Below are positions 21,673 through 30,761 of a stretch of DNA of 64,000 bases, piece after piece. A program made the position numbers and the translations under genes. The DNA is from Candidatus Thioglobus sp. MED-G25 (GTDB taxonomy: Bacteria > Pseudomonadota > Gammaproteobacteria > Arenicellales > UBA868): positions 18,705-82,704 of the forward strand of contig NTKC01000007.1 of the NCBI GenBank assembly GCA_002456995.1, written 5' to 3'. The notes below the pieces were generated by a model. It was not told where the DNA came from. It saw only the letters and a program-made list of their open reading frames with translations, and searched no databases. Position 1 is the stretch's first letter. Each line of letters opens with the position of its first letter.

Positions 21673-22494
21673 TTAGATATCGCGTAGCAGCTCATTAATC
21701 CCGACTTTCGATCGCGTTTTCTCATCTACTCTCTTGACGATTACAGCACAATACAGGCTGTGTGATCCGTCTTTTGCTGGCATTGTTCCAGATACCACAA
21801 CAGAACCTGTGGGGATTCTTCCATAGCTAACGTTACCATTTGCACGATCCAAAATCTTGGTGCTCTGGCCAATATATACGCCCATTGAGACTACGGAACC
21901 TTCTTCAACGATTACGCCTTCAACGATTTCGCTCCGAGCACCAATAAAGCAATTGTCTTCAATTATTGTAGGGGATGCTTGAAGAGGTTCAAGGACCCCG
22001 CCGATACCCACACCTCCCGACAGGTGGACGTTTCTCCCGATTTGCGCACAAGAGCCAACCGTTGCCCACGTATCAACCATTGTCCCCTCGCCTACGTAGG
22101 CTCCAATATTGACATAGCTCGGCATGAGAATAACATTGGGTGCGAGATAAGCTCCATGGCGAACCATAGCTGGCGGCACAACACGGTAGCCACCAGTTTG
22201 AAATTGACTATCGTCGTAGCTATCGAACTTGCCGGCAACCTTGTCATAGTACTTGGTGTCTCCAGATTCCAATACTCTATTTCTGCCAAGTATGAATGAC
22301 AACAATACCGCTTTCTTGAGCCACTCATTGACCACCCATCCGGTAGCCGTTGGTTCAGCGACTCTGGCATCACCGTTATCTAGGAGTTCAAGTGCAGATT
22401 GAATTGCTTGGACTAATTCGACACTGGCTGAAGAACGAGTCAAGGACTCGCGATTCTCGTATGCCGCAACAATAATTTCTTTAATATTATTCAT
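21673..22494 (-). CDS. dapD: 2,3,4,5-tetrahydropyridine-2,6-dicarboxylate N-succinyltransferase
   Basis: 273 aa with left-handed beta-helix hexapeptide repeats. Lies in the dapD-glnD-map arrangement seen in E. coli. Confidence 0.9.
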   Translation of the reverse strand: MNNIKEIIVAAYENRESLTRSSASVELVQAIQSALELLDNGDARVAEPTATGWVVNEWLKKAVLLSFILGRNRVLESGDTKYYDKVAGKFDSYDDSQFQTGGYRVVPPAMVRHGAYLAPNVILMPSYVNIGAYVGEGTMVDTWATVGSCAQIGRNVHLSGGVGIGGVLEPLQASPTIIEDNCFIGARSEIVEGVIVEEGSVVSMGVYIGQSTKILDRANGNVSYGRIPTGSVVVSGTMPAKDGSHSLYCAVIVKRVDEKTRSKVGINELLRDI

Positions 22495-22524
22495 AATATG
22501 GGTTGTTTAAGGAAAATTAAGGCG

Positions 22525-25179
22525 CTAGGAAGGCAACGCGGCGCAAACGGTTTTTGCTATTTTCTTTCTTTCTTTCGGGTCGTTTATCGGTTGGCCGTCA
22601 CGGTCCGTAATATAAAAAATATCTTCCACTCTTTCACCGAAGGTGCTGATTTTAGCGCTCACCAGATGTGTTTTACACTCAATAAATGCCCTCGCAACTT
22701 GATGGAGTAATCCAGGTCGGTCTTGGGCAGTTACCACCATAATGGTTTTAATTTGATCTTTTAGCTTGGGAAATGTCACTTTTGTGTCTATAGGGAAATG
22801 CAGCAGGGAGCGAGAAAGCCGAGTTCTCTGGGGGTCTTTTCCAGGCATTGGATCCATTATCTGCGCCCTTAAAGACTGTTTTGTAGAATTTAAGCCGCTT
22901 TTTGTCGGTTTGTTAGGACTAACATTCAACACAACAAATATCATCACAACTAGGCCAGAACAGGTACGGTGCACCCGAGCATCGACAATATTTAGATTTT
23001 CTCGATCAAAACCCGCAGTCACATTAGACAATAAAAGCTCCGAGTCAGGTGCACAGACAAACACCTCAGTAGTACCGGATTCACTATTATTTATCGTATC
23101 TACAAGTGGCAGGGATGCTACGGAGGCTGATGACAGAAGGCGCGTATGCCAGGCAATCGCTGCTGGTGAATTTCGAACAAAATACTCGTCTTCCATTACC
23201 GACCATACGCTTTCTGCCGTCTCTTGTTTGATTGAGGCATCCTTCAGATAAGTTAGCGACTCGCTTTTTAGGTCCTCTATTCTTTCTGATAGTAATATCG
23301 GGGATCCAACGTCGCGACGAAGGGCCTGTGTCGTTAGATTATATAGGTCACTTAGAAGCTTCGCCTTCCAGTCGTTCCATACATGAGGGCTGGTGCCCCG
23401 TATATCAGCAACCGTAAGCAGATAAAGATTGTCCAAGTGTTCCTGATCACCAACCAGGCGCGCAAAGTCATCTATTACACCAACATCTGAGGTATCTTCA
23501 CGCTGAGCTATCCACGACATTGTGAGATGGTGACGGACCAGCCATGAAACAAAATGACAGTCATAGTCACTCATGCTGTGTTTTCTGCAAAATTGATAAA
23601 CTTCGGATTCGCCGAGTTTGGAGTGATCGCCACCTTGTCCTTTTGAAATATCGTGAAACAGTGCAGCTATAAAAAGGCGATGTCGCTTGAAAATAGTGCG
23701 CATTAACTTACTCTCTGCCGGATACTCGGCATCGTGTTCGGACAACTCAAGTCGCCGGAGGTTTCTTACAACAAAGAGAAGATGTGCGTCGACTGTATAG
23801 ACATGAAAAAGATCGTGTTGCATCTGGCCTATGATTCGACCGAATTGGGGTATGTAAGCGCCTAGGATACCGTATGCATTCATTTGTCGGAGTGCTCGTG
23901 TCTGTCCGAGAGGAGCTTTCAGAATTTCCATAAATAGACTTCTACATTTAAGGTCTTGGCGGAATCCAGCATCTATTCGGAAAAGGTTCTCACGAATTGA
24001 CCGGATAGTATCTACGCCAATGCCTTTGAGATCCGGGTGCTGTTGTAAAAGTAAGAAAACTTCCAGGAGAGCAAAAGGCGATGTTTGAAATACATTGGAA
24101 TTGCGTATTTCAATACGCTCATTCTTCATACAAAAACGCCGATTTAGGTTGGCAGGTTTGTTTTGTCGCCCCTTTGTTTTGGGCTGCGTAACTGCTTGGA
24201 GTTGCTGCAGTACAGTCGTGTTGAGTAGTCGAATTTCCCCCGCTGTTCGGTAATACCGTTTCATGAATTTTTCGACAGCTAGCGTTGTTGTGTCTTTATA
24301 ACCAAATTGCTGGGCGATCTCGCGTTGGTAATCAAAAAGAAGTCGATCCTCAGCCCGATCTGATGCGAAGTGCAATGCATTGCGAATCTTCCACAGAAAA
24401 TTCCTCCCTCTGATCAATTCCCGATATTCGTGCTCAGTTAGATAATTATAAGAAATAAGGTAACGGAGTCCCTGCTGACCAAGTACCCGATGAGCAACCC
24501 AGCCAATGGTCTGAAGATCTCTTAATCCACCCGGTCCTTCTTTGATTTGTGGCTCCAAGTTATAGGCAGTGTCATCGTAGCGTAGGTGGCGCGCTGACTG
24601 CTCTTCGATCTTGGCGTCTAGGTACTTTGCAGCTGGCCACATCAGGTCGATACCGGTTCGTAATTTTAGCTGACCCAGTAATTCAGCATTGCCAGCAAGC
24701 ACCCTTGATTCCAACAAGTTGGTCATTACAGTCACATCACTACGTGACTGAGCGGTACAGTCTCGAAGTGTACGAACGCTATGACCGATCGTAAGTCCGA
24801 CATCCCAGAGCGTTCGAATCAGCAATTCAGTGTTTTGTCGCTGCGCTTTAGTGGGTGCTTTTTGAAAGAGCACCAGTAAATCTATGTCCGATCCTGGATG
24901 AAGTTCAGACCTGCCATAGCCACCAACAGCAATGAGTGCGACGGATCGACTTTTTTCCGTCGAAGGTGCGTGATGTTCCCAGATAGCTTTGATAACCTGA
25001 TCTACAAACCAGGCATGAGCAGCAACGATATCCTGTGAAGGAGCACCGCCAAGGTGGTAGTTTTTCAATACGCTGACACTATCACTCAACAGTGTTTTGA
25101 CTAGGCTGACTCTATTGGAATCCCCCATCAACTTGTGTAGGGCTCGGGTGTCCAGGATACGGTTTCGTGACAACCACAT
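22525..25179 (-). CDS. glnD: Bifunctional PII uridylyltransferase / uridylyl-removing enzyme
   Basis: Nucleotidyltransferase motif GGYGRSELHPGSDIDL, an HD domain (ALFHDISKGQGGDHS) and two C-terminal ACT-like domains. 884 aa. Confidence 0.9.
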   Translation of the reverse strand: MWLSRNRILDTRALHKLMGDSNRVSLVKTLLSDSVSVLKNYHLGGAPSQDIVAAHAWFVDQVIKAIWEHHAPSTEKSRSVALIAVGGYGRSELHPGSDIDLLVLFQKAPTKAQRQNTELLIRTLWDVGLTIGHSVRTLRDCTAQSRSDVTVMTNLLESRVLAGNAELLGQLKLRTGIDLMWPAAKYLDAKIEEQSARHLRYDDTAYNLEPQIKEGPGGLRDLQTIGWVAHRVLGQQGLRYLISYNYLTEHEYRELIRGRNFLWKIRNALHFASDRAEDRLLFDYQREIAQQFGYKDTTTLAVEKFMKRYYRTAGEIRLLNTTVLQQLQAVTQPKTKGRQNKPANLNRRFCMKNERIEIRNSNVFQTSPFALLEVFLLLQQHPDLKGIGVDTIRSIRENLFRIDAGFRQDLKCRSLFMEILKAPLGQTRALRQMNAYGILGAYIPQFGRIIGQMQHDLFHVYTVDAHLLFVVRNLRRLELSEHDAEYPAESKLMRTIFKRHRLFIAALFHDISKGQGGDHSKLGESEVYQFCRKHSMSDYDCHFVSWLVRHHLTMSWIAQREDTSDVGVIDDFARLVGDQEHLDNLYLLTVADIRGTSPHVWNDWKAKLLSDLYNLTTQALRRDVGSPILLSERIEDLKSESLTYLKDASIKQETAESVWSVMEDEYFVRNSPAAIAWHTRLLSSASVASLPLVDTINNSESGTTEVFVCAPDSELLLSNVTAGFDRENLNIVDARVHRTCSGLVVMIFVVLNVSPNKPTKSGLNSTKQSLRAQIMDPMPGKDPQRTRLSRSLLHFPIDTKVTFPKLKDQIKTIMVVTAQDRPGLLHQVARAFIECKTHLVSAKISTFGERVEDIFYITDRDGQPINDPKERKKIAKTVCAALPS

Positions 25180-25200
25180 TATTCAGATCGATTGAGGCGG

Positions 25201-25950
25201 CTAGCCTGTTAGTATCTCGTGGCCGTCTTCAGTAACTTCTATCGTATGTTCCCACTGTGCGCTTAGACTATGATCTCTGGTAACCACGGTCCAGCCATCC
25301 GGAAGTAGGCGAGTTTCTTTTTTTCCCGCATTGATCATTGGTTCGATTGTAAATGTCATTCCAGGGGAGAGTTCCAAGCCACTTCCAAACGTACCGTAGT
25401 GCAGTACCTGCGGGTCTTCATGAAATACACGCCCAATGCCATGACCACAGTATTCGCGTACAACTGAAAACCCGTTACCTTCAGCATACTGTTGGATCGC
25501 AGCACCGATGTCCCCGAGGCGTGTGCCAGGGCGTACAATACGAATAGCCGTTTCAAGACACTCACGAGTGATATTTATCAGGCGTTGAGCTCGAATTGAG
25601 ACGTCGCCAATTGCAAACATTCTGCTGGCGTCCCCATGGTATCCATCTTTTATCACGGTGATATCGATGTTAATGATATCGCCAGTTTTAAGCTTTCTCT
25701 TCCCTGGAATGCCGTGGCAGACCACGTGATTCACACTGGTACAGATCGATTTGGGGAATCCTCTATAGTTTAATGGAGCTGGTATCGCGTCGAGGTCATC
25801 GATGATGTATCGGTGACAAATTTGATCCAGCTCATCCGTGGTGATGCCAGGCGCCACGTGAGGCGTTATCATATCGAGCACTTGTCTCGTAAGTTGACCG
25901 GCTACCCGCATCTTGGACAATTCAGCGGCAGTTTTTATCGTTACGGACAT
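25201..25950 (-). CDS. map: Methionine aminopeptidase, type I
   Basis: VCHGIP, DIINIDITV, GHGIGRVFHE and TIEPM metal-ligand motifs. Divergent from rpsB, as in most gammaproteobacteria. Confidence 0.95.
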   Translation of the reverse strand: MSVTIKTAAELSKMRVAGQLTRQVLDMITPHVAPGITTDELDQICHRYIIDDLDAIPAPLNYRGFPKSICTSVNHVVCHGIPGKRKLKTGDIINIDITVIKDGYHGDASRMFAIGDVSIRAQRLINITRECLETAIRIVRPGTRLGDIGAAIQQYAEGNGFSVVREYCGHGIGRVFHEDPQVLHYGTFGSGLELSPGMTFTIEPMINAGKKETRLLPDGWTVVTRDHSLSAQWEHTIEVTEDGHEILTG

Positions 25951-26219
25951 GGAACACAGAAAATTCGCTCATATCAGGGTAGCCTATCCTACACGAACAT
26001 TTCGCCAGATGTGTCTTGAAGTACGGTTCCAAAGCCTATAACTGGACAGTATGTATAGTGAACAAACATCAAACACTGGCGATTTCCAGACTGTTCGGAT
26101 AAAATCCCGCCCCCAAATCCTGGCAGGTAACGTTATCGATCGCCCGGGTGCTCATTTGTATAAAAACAGATGGGTTGGCGATAGAGGTGCCTGTCTAAAC
26201 TTAACCCGAAGGAGATCAT

Positions 26220-27098
26220 ATGGCAGACATCAATATGCGTCAGATGTTAGAAGCTGGCGTTCATTTTGGTCATCAGACCCGCTATTGGTCACCAAAGATG
26301 GCACCCTACATCTTCGGTAGCCGTAACAAAATTCACATTATCAATTTGGAGACTACGTTACCTCTATTTCAAGAGGCGATGAACTTTCTTGGAAGCGTTA
26401 CTGCTGCAAAAGGAAAGGTGTTGTTCGTTGGGACAAAACGCCAAGCGAGTAAACTGGTTCGGGAACACGCTGAACGATGCGGTTCCCCCTTTGTGGATCA
26501 CCGCTGGCTCGGGGGCATGTTGACGAACTTTAAGACGGTCAAGAACTCTATAGCGAGGTTGATTGAGCTTGATGAATTGAATAATAGTGGTGCCATAGAC
26601 CGACTAAGCAAAAAGGAAGCGCTCATTCTGGAGCGAGAGCGAAGTAAGCTAGACCGCAGTCTTTCTGGAATACGTGACATGACGGGTCTACCAGACTGTA
26701 TATTTGTAATAGATGTTGACCACGAGAAAATTGCGGTTGCCGAGGCTAAGAAGTTGAAGATTCCGGTAGTTGGTATTGTCGACACAAACAGCTCACCAGA
26801 TGGAATCGATTATCCTATTCCTGGTAATGATGATGCGATAAGAGCGGTGCGTCTTTATCTTTCTCATGCCGCTGATGCTGTTCTGGAAGCGAGAAGTATT
26901 TTGCCCGAGGTGATCCCTGGTGACGCTGATGACTATGTCGAAATTTCTGAAAATTTAGACGAAGCTAGCGTTGCCGAGGATGATCCGATTGACGTGCCAA
27001 CTTCTCCTATTGTCTCGGAAGAAGTTGCCGTGGTGGCACCTGATCCAGTTGAAGAAGGTGCGCCGTTAAAGGAAAGTGGAAAAGGTAATGATGGGTAA
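26220..27098 (+). CDS. rpsB: 30S ribosomal protein S2 with an acidic C-terminal extension
   Basis: [32 protein letters not shown] at 26211. Confidence 0.95.
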   Translation: MADINMRQMLEAGVHFGHQTRYWSPKMAPYIFGSRNKIHIINLETTLPLFQEAMNFLGSVTAAKGKVLFVGTKRQASKLVREHAERCGSPFVDHRWLGGMLTNFKTVKNSIARLIELDELNNSGAIDRLSKKEALILERERSKLDRSLSGIRDMTGLPDCIFVIDVDHEKIAVAEAKKLKIPVVGIVDTNSSPDGIDYPIPGNDDAIRAVRLYLSHAADAVLEARSILPEVIPGDADDYVEISENLDEASVAEDDPIDVPTSPIVSEEVAVVAPDPVEEGAPLKESGKGNDG

Positions 27099-27125
27099 AC
27101 ACAGTGAGCGGATGAGGACTATTAC

Positions 27126-28007
27126 ATGACTATATCAGCCGCCTTGGTCAAGGAACTTCGTGAACGCACCGGTGCAGGCATGATGGACTGCAAAAAAGCC
27201 CTCACTCAAACGGATGGGAACATTGACCAGGGTATCGAACTGTTGCGAACTTTGGGCGTTGCAAGTGCAGAAAAGAAGTCGGGACGTATTGCGGCTGAAG
27301 GGGTAATCGTCCAGCTTATTTCGGGTGACAATCTTTCGGGCGTGTTGGTTGAGGTAAATTGCGAAACCGACTTTGTGGCTAAAGATAACTCGTTTAAAGA
27401 GTATTCAACGGCAGTTGCCCAGTGTCTACTTGCAGGTGATCAAATCACAATGGAAGACTTGGAAGAATCCGAACTTCATCCAGGTATTTCCGTCATTCAA
27501 GCGCGTCAGGAGTTGATCTCCAAAATCGGTGAAAATATCTCTGTGCGTCGATTCGACAGACTGAGATCTCCCGATGGTCTGGTGGCTGGTTACCTCCACG
27601 GAGGAAGAATCGGTGTGTTGGTCTCCCTTGATAAGTGTGAGGCGGAGTTAGGCAAAGATATCGCAATGCATATTGCAGCCAGTCGACCAATTTGTGTCGC
27701 CGAGAATGATGTTCCTGAGGAAGTTATCGAAGCAGAGCGATCAATATTTACTGCACAGGCGAATGAGAGCGGCAAATCTGACGACATTGTTGCGCGCATG
27801 GTCGACGGCAAGTTGAAAAAGTTTATGAAGGAGAATACCTTGCTGGGACAGGCTTATGTGAAGGATCCAGATATAACAGTTGGTGATCTTATCGCGGGAG
27901 TTGACGCAAAGGTATGTGAGATGCTTCGATATGAGGTCGGTGAAGGATTGGCTAAAAGAGATGATGATTTCGTCGCTGAAGTGATGGCACAAGCTAGCCG
28001 TGGATAA
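27126..28007 (+). CDS. tsf: Elongation factor Ts
   Basis: VKELRERTGAGMMDCKKAL (UBA-like N-domain) and VEVNCETDFVAKD. Confidence 0.95.
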   Translation: MTISAALVKELRERTGAGMMDCKKALTQTDGNIDQGIELLRTLGVASAEKKSGRIAAEGVIVQLISGDNLSGVLVEVNCETDFVAKDNSFKEYSTAVAQCLLAGDQITMEDLEESELHPGISVIQARQELISKIGENISVRRFDRLRSPDGLVAGYLHGGRIGVLVSLDKCEAELGKDIAMHIAASRPICVAENDVPEEVIEAERSIFTAQANESGKSDDIVARMVDGKLKKFMKENTLLGQAYVKDPDITVGDLIAGVDAKVCEMLRYEVGEGLAKRDDDFVAEVMAQASRG

Positions 28008-28011
28008 CATT

Positions 28012-28457
28012 ATGTGCGACAACAAAATACAAGCGGCAGATATTGCCCGGTAACATTATAGAATTGATTCTGACCAGGAAGCCAGTTGGTTGTGATAACT
28101 CGTATTACTTCAATCAGATAAGCGCAACCAGCGTAATAACTATACAGCGCTAACAGGGATCATCGACTCAATGTCGATTTAGATGTGAGTTCCACGCTCA
28201 TTCAGCCACATAAAACCTGCCGAATAAAGAGATTCGGTTCTAACTCGGTCATAACCGGGTTTTCTACGTTCGTAATCGAATTGTTACACCAACCGTGCGA
28301 TGGTTACTGATTTAGTCATAATGTGCTGAATTGAATAGAATATTCTCGATATCGAAATGCAGCCTGCCATTGCACTAGGACAGTATTAAAATATCGACTC
28401 CTGCCACAAGTAGTTCGCAGATTACTAGGAACAGTAAGTGAGAAAGGGAGAGAAACG
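28012..28457 (+). pseudogene. pyrH: Probable eroded pyrH (UMP kinase) relic in the tsf-frr spacer
   Basis: There is no plus-strand ORF of 60 or more codons in the slot where pyrH normally sits. ATG at 28012. In the adjacent frame, 28019-28045 reads T-T-K-Y-K-R-Q-I-L (PyrH N-terminal consensus is KYKRILLKLSGEAL), and G-C-D at 28088-28096 is in register with G-I-D. That frame stops at 28151. The frame in phase with frr reads P-Q-V-V-R-R-L-L-G-T-V-S-E at 28404-28442 (E. coli C-terminus is PGALRRVV...GTLITE). It is broken by TGA at 28308 and TGA at 28332. Roughly 100 codons are missing. Confidence 0.5.
28243..28265 (+). terminator. Terminator-like hairpin downstream of tsf (inside the pyrH relic)
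   Basis: Stem ACTCGGT / ACCGGGT (7 bp, one G-U pair), loop CATA, then TTTCT. The U-tract is weak and the hairpin lies about 235 nt after the tsf stop. Confidence 0.35.
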
Positions 28458-29015
28458 ATGATCGATGAAATCATGGTGGACACCAAAATTCGCATGAAGA
28501 AAAGTATTGCTGCAGTCAAGGTTGAATTGGCAAAAATTCGTACTGGCCGAGCTACACCAGCTCTGCTCGATCATATTGTGGTGAGTTATTACGGCAACGA
28601 CGTGCCGCTTAATCAGGCAGCAACAATCAGTGTGTCTGATGCTCGCACCCTGTCCGTGCAGGCTTGGGAAAAAAGCATGGTGCCAACAATTGAAAAGGCT
28701 ATTCTGGAGTCGCAGCTGGGTCTAAATCCTGTTACAGCCGGCGAAGTTGTGCACATTCCGATTCCATCCTTAACTGAGGAAAGGCGCCGGGAGATGACTA
28801 AGCTGGTACGGATTGAGGGAGAAAATGGAAAGGTTGCCATTCGAAATATAAGGCGAGATGCGATAAGTCAGTCCCACGACTTGGCTAAAAATAAGGACAT
28901 CAGTCAGGATGACGAGAAAAAAGGAGTAGAGCAGATACAATCGCTTACTGATCAGTACACCGCGGAAATTGATGGACTGGTCAAAGAGAAAGAAGTGGAC
29001 ATCATGGAGGTTTGA
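28458..29015 (+). CDS. frr: Ribosome recycling factor
   Basis: MIDEIMVDTKIRMKKSIAAVKVELAKIRTGRATPALLD is a canonical Frr N-terminus. RBS GGGAGAG. Confidence 0.95.
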   Translation: MIDEIMVDTKIRMKKSIAAVKVELAKIRTGRATPALLDHIVVSYYGNDVPLNQAATISVSDARTLSVQAWEKSMVPTIEKAILESQLGLNPVTAGEVVHIPIPSLTEERRREMTKLVRIEGENGKVAIRNIRRDAISQSHDLAKNKDISQDDEKKGVEQIQSLTDQYTAEIDGLVKEKEVDIMEV

Positions 29016-29078
29016 TAAAACAAACGCCTGATTAGCTGTATTATCCTGCCAAACATCTAGTCATCAATAGTTGATCTT

Positions 29079-29801
29079 ATGTCAGGCCAAGAACTGTGTG
29101 AGGTGCCATACCATGTCGCGATCGTTATGGATGGGAACGGTCGTTGGGCGCAAAGAAGGAAACAGCCTAGAATATTTGGTCACAAAAAAGGAGTAGAGGC
29201 ACTACGTCGTATCATAGAATGCTGTGGAAAGCATGGTGTTTCTATACTAACTTTATTTGCTTTCAGTAGTGAAAACTGGCGTCGGCCACCAGCAGAAGTC
29301 AGCGGACTCCAACGGCTATTATTTTCTAGTCTTGTGGCTGAAGCAGATAGTCTGGTGAGTAATGGAGTCCGGCTTCGTGTTGTCGGTGATTTAGATCCAT
29401 TTGGGCCCGATGTCGTAGACATGGTGCAGCGTACGGAGCACAGAACCGCAAATAATCATAAGCTAGAATTAGTCATAGCAGTGAATTATGGTGGTCGCTG
29501 GGATATTGTCTCTGCCTGTCGAAAGCTGGCTATTAAGGTGGCTGAAGGAAATCTTTCGTCAGATGCTATTGACGAAAGGAGTGTCGCTGAGGCGCTCAGT
29601 ACATCGACACTACCCGATCCGGATTTATGCATCCGGACTGGGGGAGAATACCGAATTAGCAATTTTTTGCTCTGGCAACTCGCCTATACTGAATTGTATT
29701 TTTGTGAAGTCCTTTGGCCTGAATTCAGCGAAGATGATTTTGTTGAGGCCCTAAAATGGTACGCCACGCGGCAAAGAAGATTTGGCAAGACTCAAGAGTA
29801 G
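29079..29801 (+). CDS. uppS: Ditrans,polycis-undecaprenyl-diphosphate synthase
   Basis: HVAIVMDGNGRWA, FAFSSENWRRP and RTGGEYRISNFLLWQLAYTELYF. Confidence 0.95.
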   Translation: MSGQELCEVPYHVAIVMDGNGRWAQRRKQPRIFGHKKGVEALRRIIECCGKHGVSILTLFAFSSENWRRPPAEVSGLQRLLFSSLVAEADSLVSNGVRLRVVGDLDPFGPDVVDMVQRTEHRTANNHKLELVIAVNYGGRWDIVSACRKLAIKVAEGNLSSDAIDERSVAEALSTSTLPDPDLCIRTGGEYRISNFLLWQLAYTELYFCEVLWPEFSEDDFVEALKWYATRQRRFGKTQE

Positions 29802-29920
29802 GTCAGCGCCTCCTGACTGATTGGTATTGAATTAGGGTGCCAACAAAAGGCGATCTGATTCTGAGGGCAGATTGTTTTGGATTGCCTGACAGCGCAAGAC
29901 AGCGTTGCTGAGCCTATGGA

Positions 29921-30757
29921 ATGAAAACACGGATAGCAACAGCAACAGTGCTGGCAGCATTCACAGTTGCAGTTATTCTTTGGCTGCCAAGCACTGTATT
30001 TATCGGATTTCTAGCAGCTGTCAGTGCATTAGCTGCGTGGGAATGGTGCCGACTGATCCCAAGTGGGTTGTCTCCGTTAGTGCGGGGTGGCTACTCTGTT
30101 GGGGTTGCTGCTCTTTTGCTTGGAAGTGCATTGTATGAACCTAGTTGGGTGCCGCTGACGATAGGCGCATCAATGGTTTGGCTTGTGCTAGGCATCAGTG
30201 TCTTGTTTCAGATATATCGCCAATCTAAAGTTCAGATTCATTCCAGCCTTCTCCTTGGCCTGATTCTGCTCGTGCCTGGCCCAGTTGCTTTGATTGCAAT
30301 TCAGCAGAGTCTGGATCAGGGCCGATTTTTGGTCTTGATGAGCTGCGTCGTAGTCTGGGGTACGGATACTTTTGCTTATGCAGTTGGTAAACGATTTGGG
30401 CGCAGAAAATTGGCACCGAGCATCAGTCCTGGGAAAACACTGGAGGGAACCCTGGGTGGTATAGTGGGTGCTATTGGAACGGGGATTATCTTCTTTTTTG
30501 TCCTGATGGAAAATAATAAGGTTGGAGTCATTGGATTTGGATTGTGGTGCTTAATTACGACTTCGGTAGCTGTAATGGCAGTCATCGGTGATCTAGTAGA
30601 GAGTGCTGTCAAACGGTCAGCAAATCAGAAAGACAGTGGCACACTGGTGCCTGGCCATGGTGGGGTACTTGACCGGGTTGATAGTCTGTTATGTGCGGCG
30701 CCAATATTCGGCAGTTGGATCTTTTTGTGCGAATTAGGCGCAACAGTAGCGTCGTAG
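29921..30757 (+). CDS. cdsA: Phosphatidate cytidylyltransferase
   Basis: CTP-transferase signature SAVKRSANQKDSGTLVPGHGGVLDRVDS. Polytopic membrane protein. Confidence 0.9.
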   Translation: MKTRIATATVLAAFTVAVILWLPSTVFIGFLAAVSALAAWEWCRLIPSGLSPLVRGGYSVGVAALLLGSALYEPSWVPLTIGASMVWLVLGISVLFQIYRQSKVQIHSSLLLGLILLVPGPVALIAIQQSLDQGRFLVLMSCVVVWGTDTFAYAVGKRFGRRKLAPSISPGKTLEGTLGGIVGAIGTGIIFFFVLMENNKVGVIGFGLWCLITTSVAVMAVIGDLVESAVKRSANQKDSGTLVPGHGGVLDRVDSLLCAAPIFGSWIFLCELGATVAS

Positions 30758-30761
30758 AGGA

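Noticed and set aside
22766-23251. 161-aa plus-strand ORF inside glnD. Similar shadow ORFs occur at 20879-21358 (radA), 32506-32922 (rseP), 37934-38311 (lpxB), 38651-39046 (rnhB), 47792-48202 (eno), 53507-53893 (sdhB), 55070-55435 (argC), 59784-60188 (era) and 16759-17145 (acs).
   Set aside because: All lie fully antisense to long, motif-rich conserved genes and show no family signatures. They are typical shadow ORFs.
28111-28229. Apparent internal duplication within the pyrH relic (28111-28141 versus 28199-28229, about 58 percent identity by eye)
   Set aside because: The similarity collapses immediately outside a 31-nt A-rich stretch. This is consistent with chance in low-complexity sequence.
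28316-28519. 67-aa minus-strand ORF spanning the frr start
   Set aside because: It overlaps the frr start and RBS in antisense and has no motifs. It is most likely spurious.
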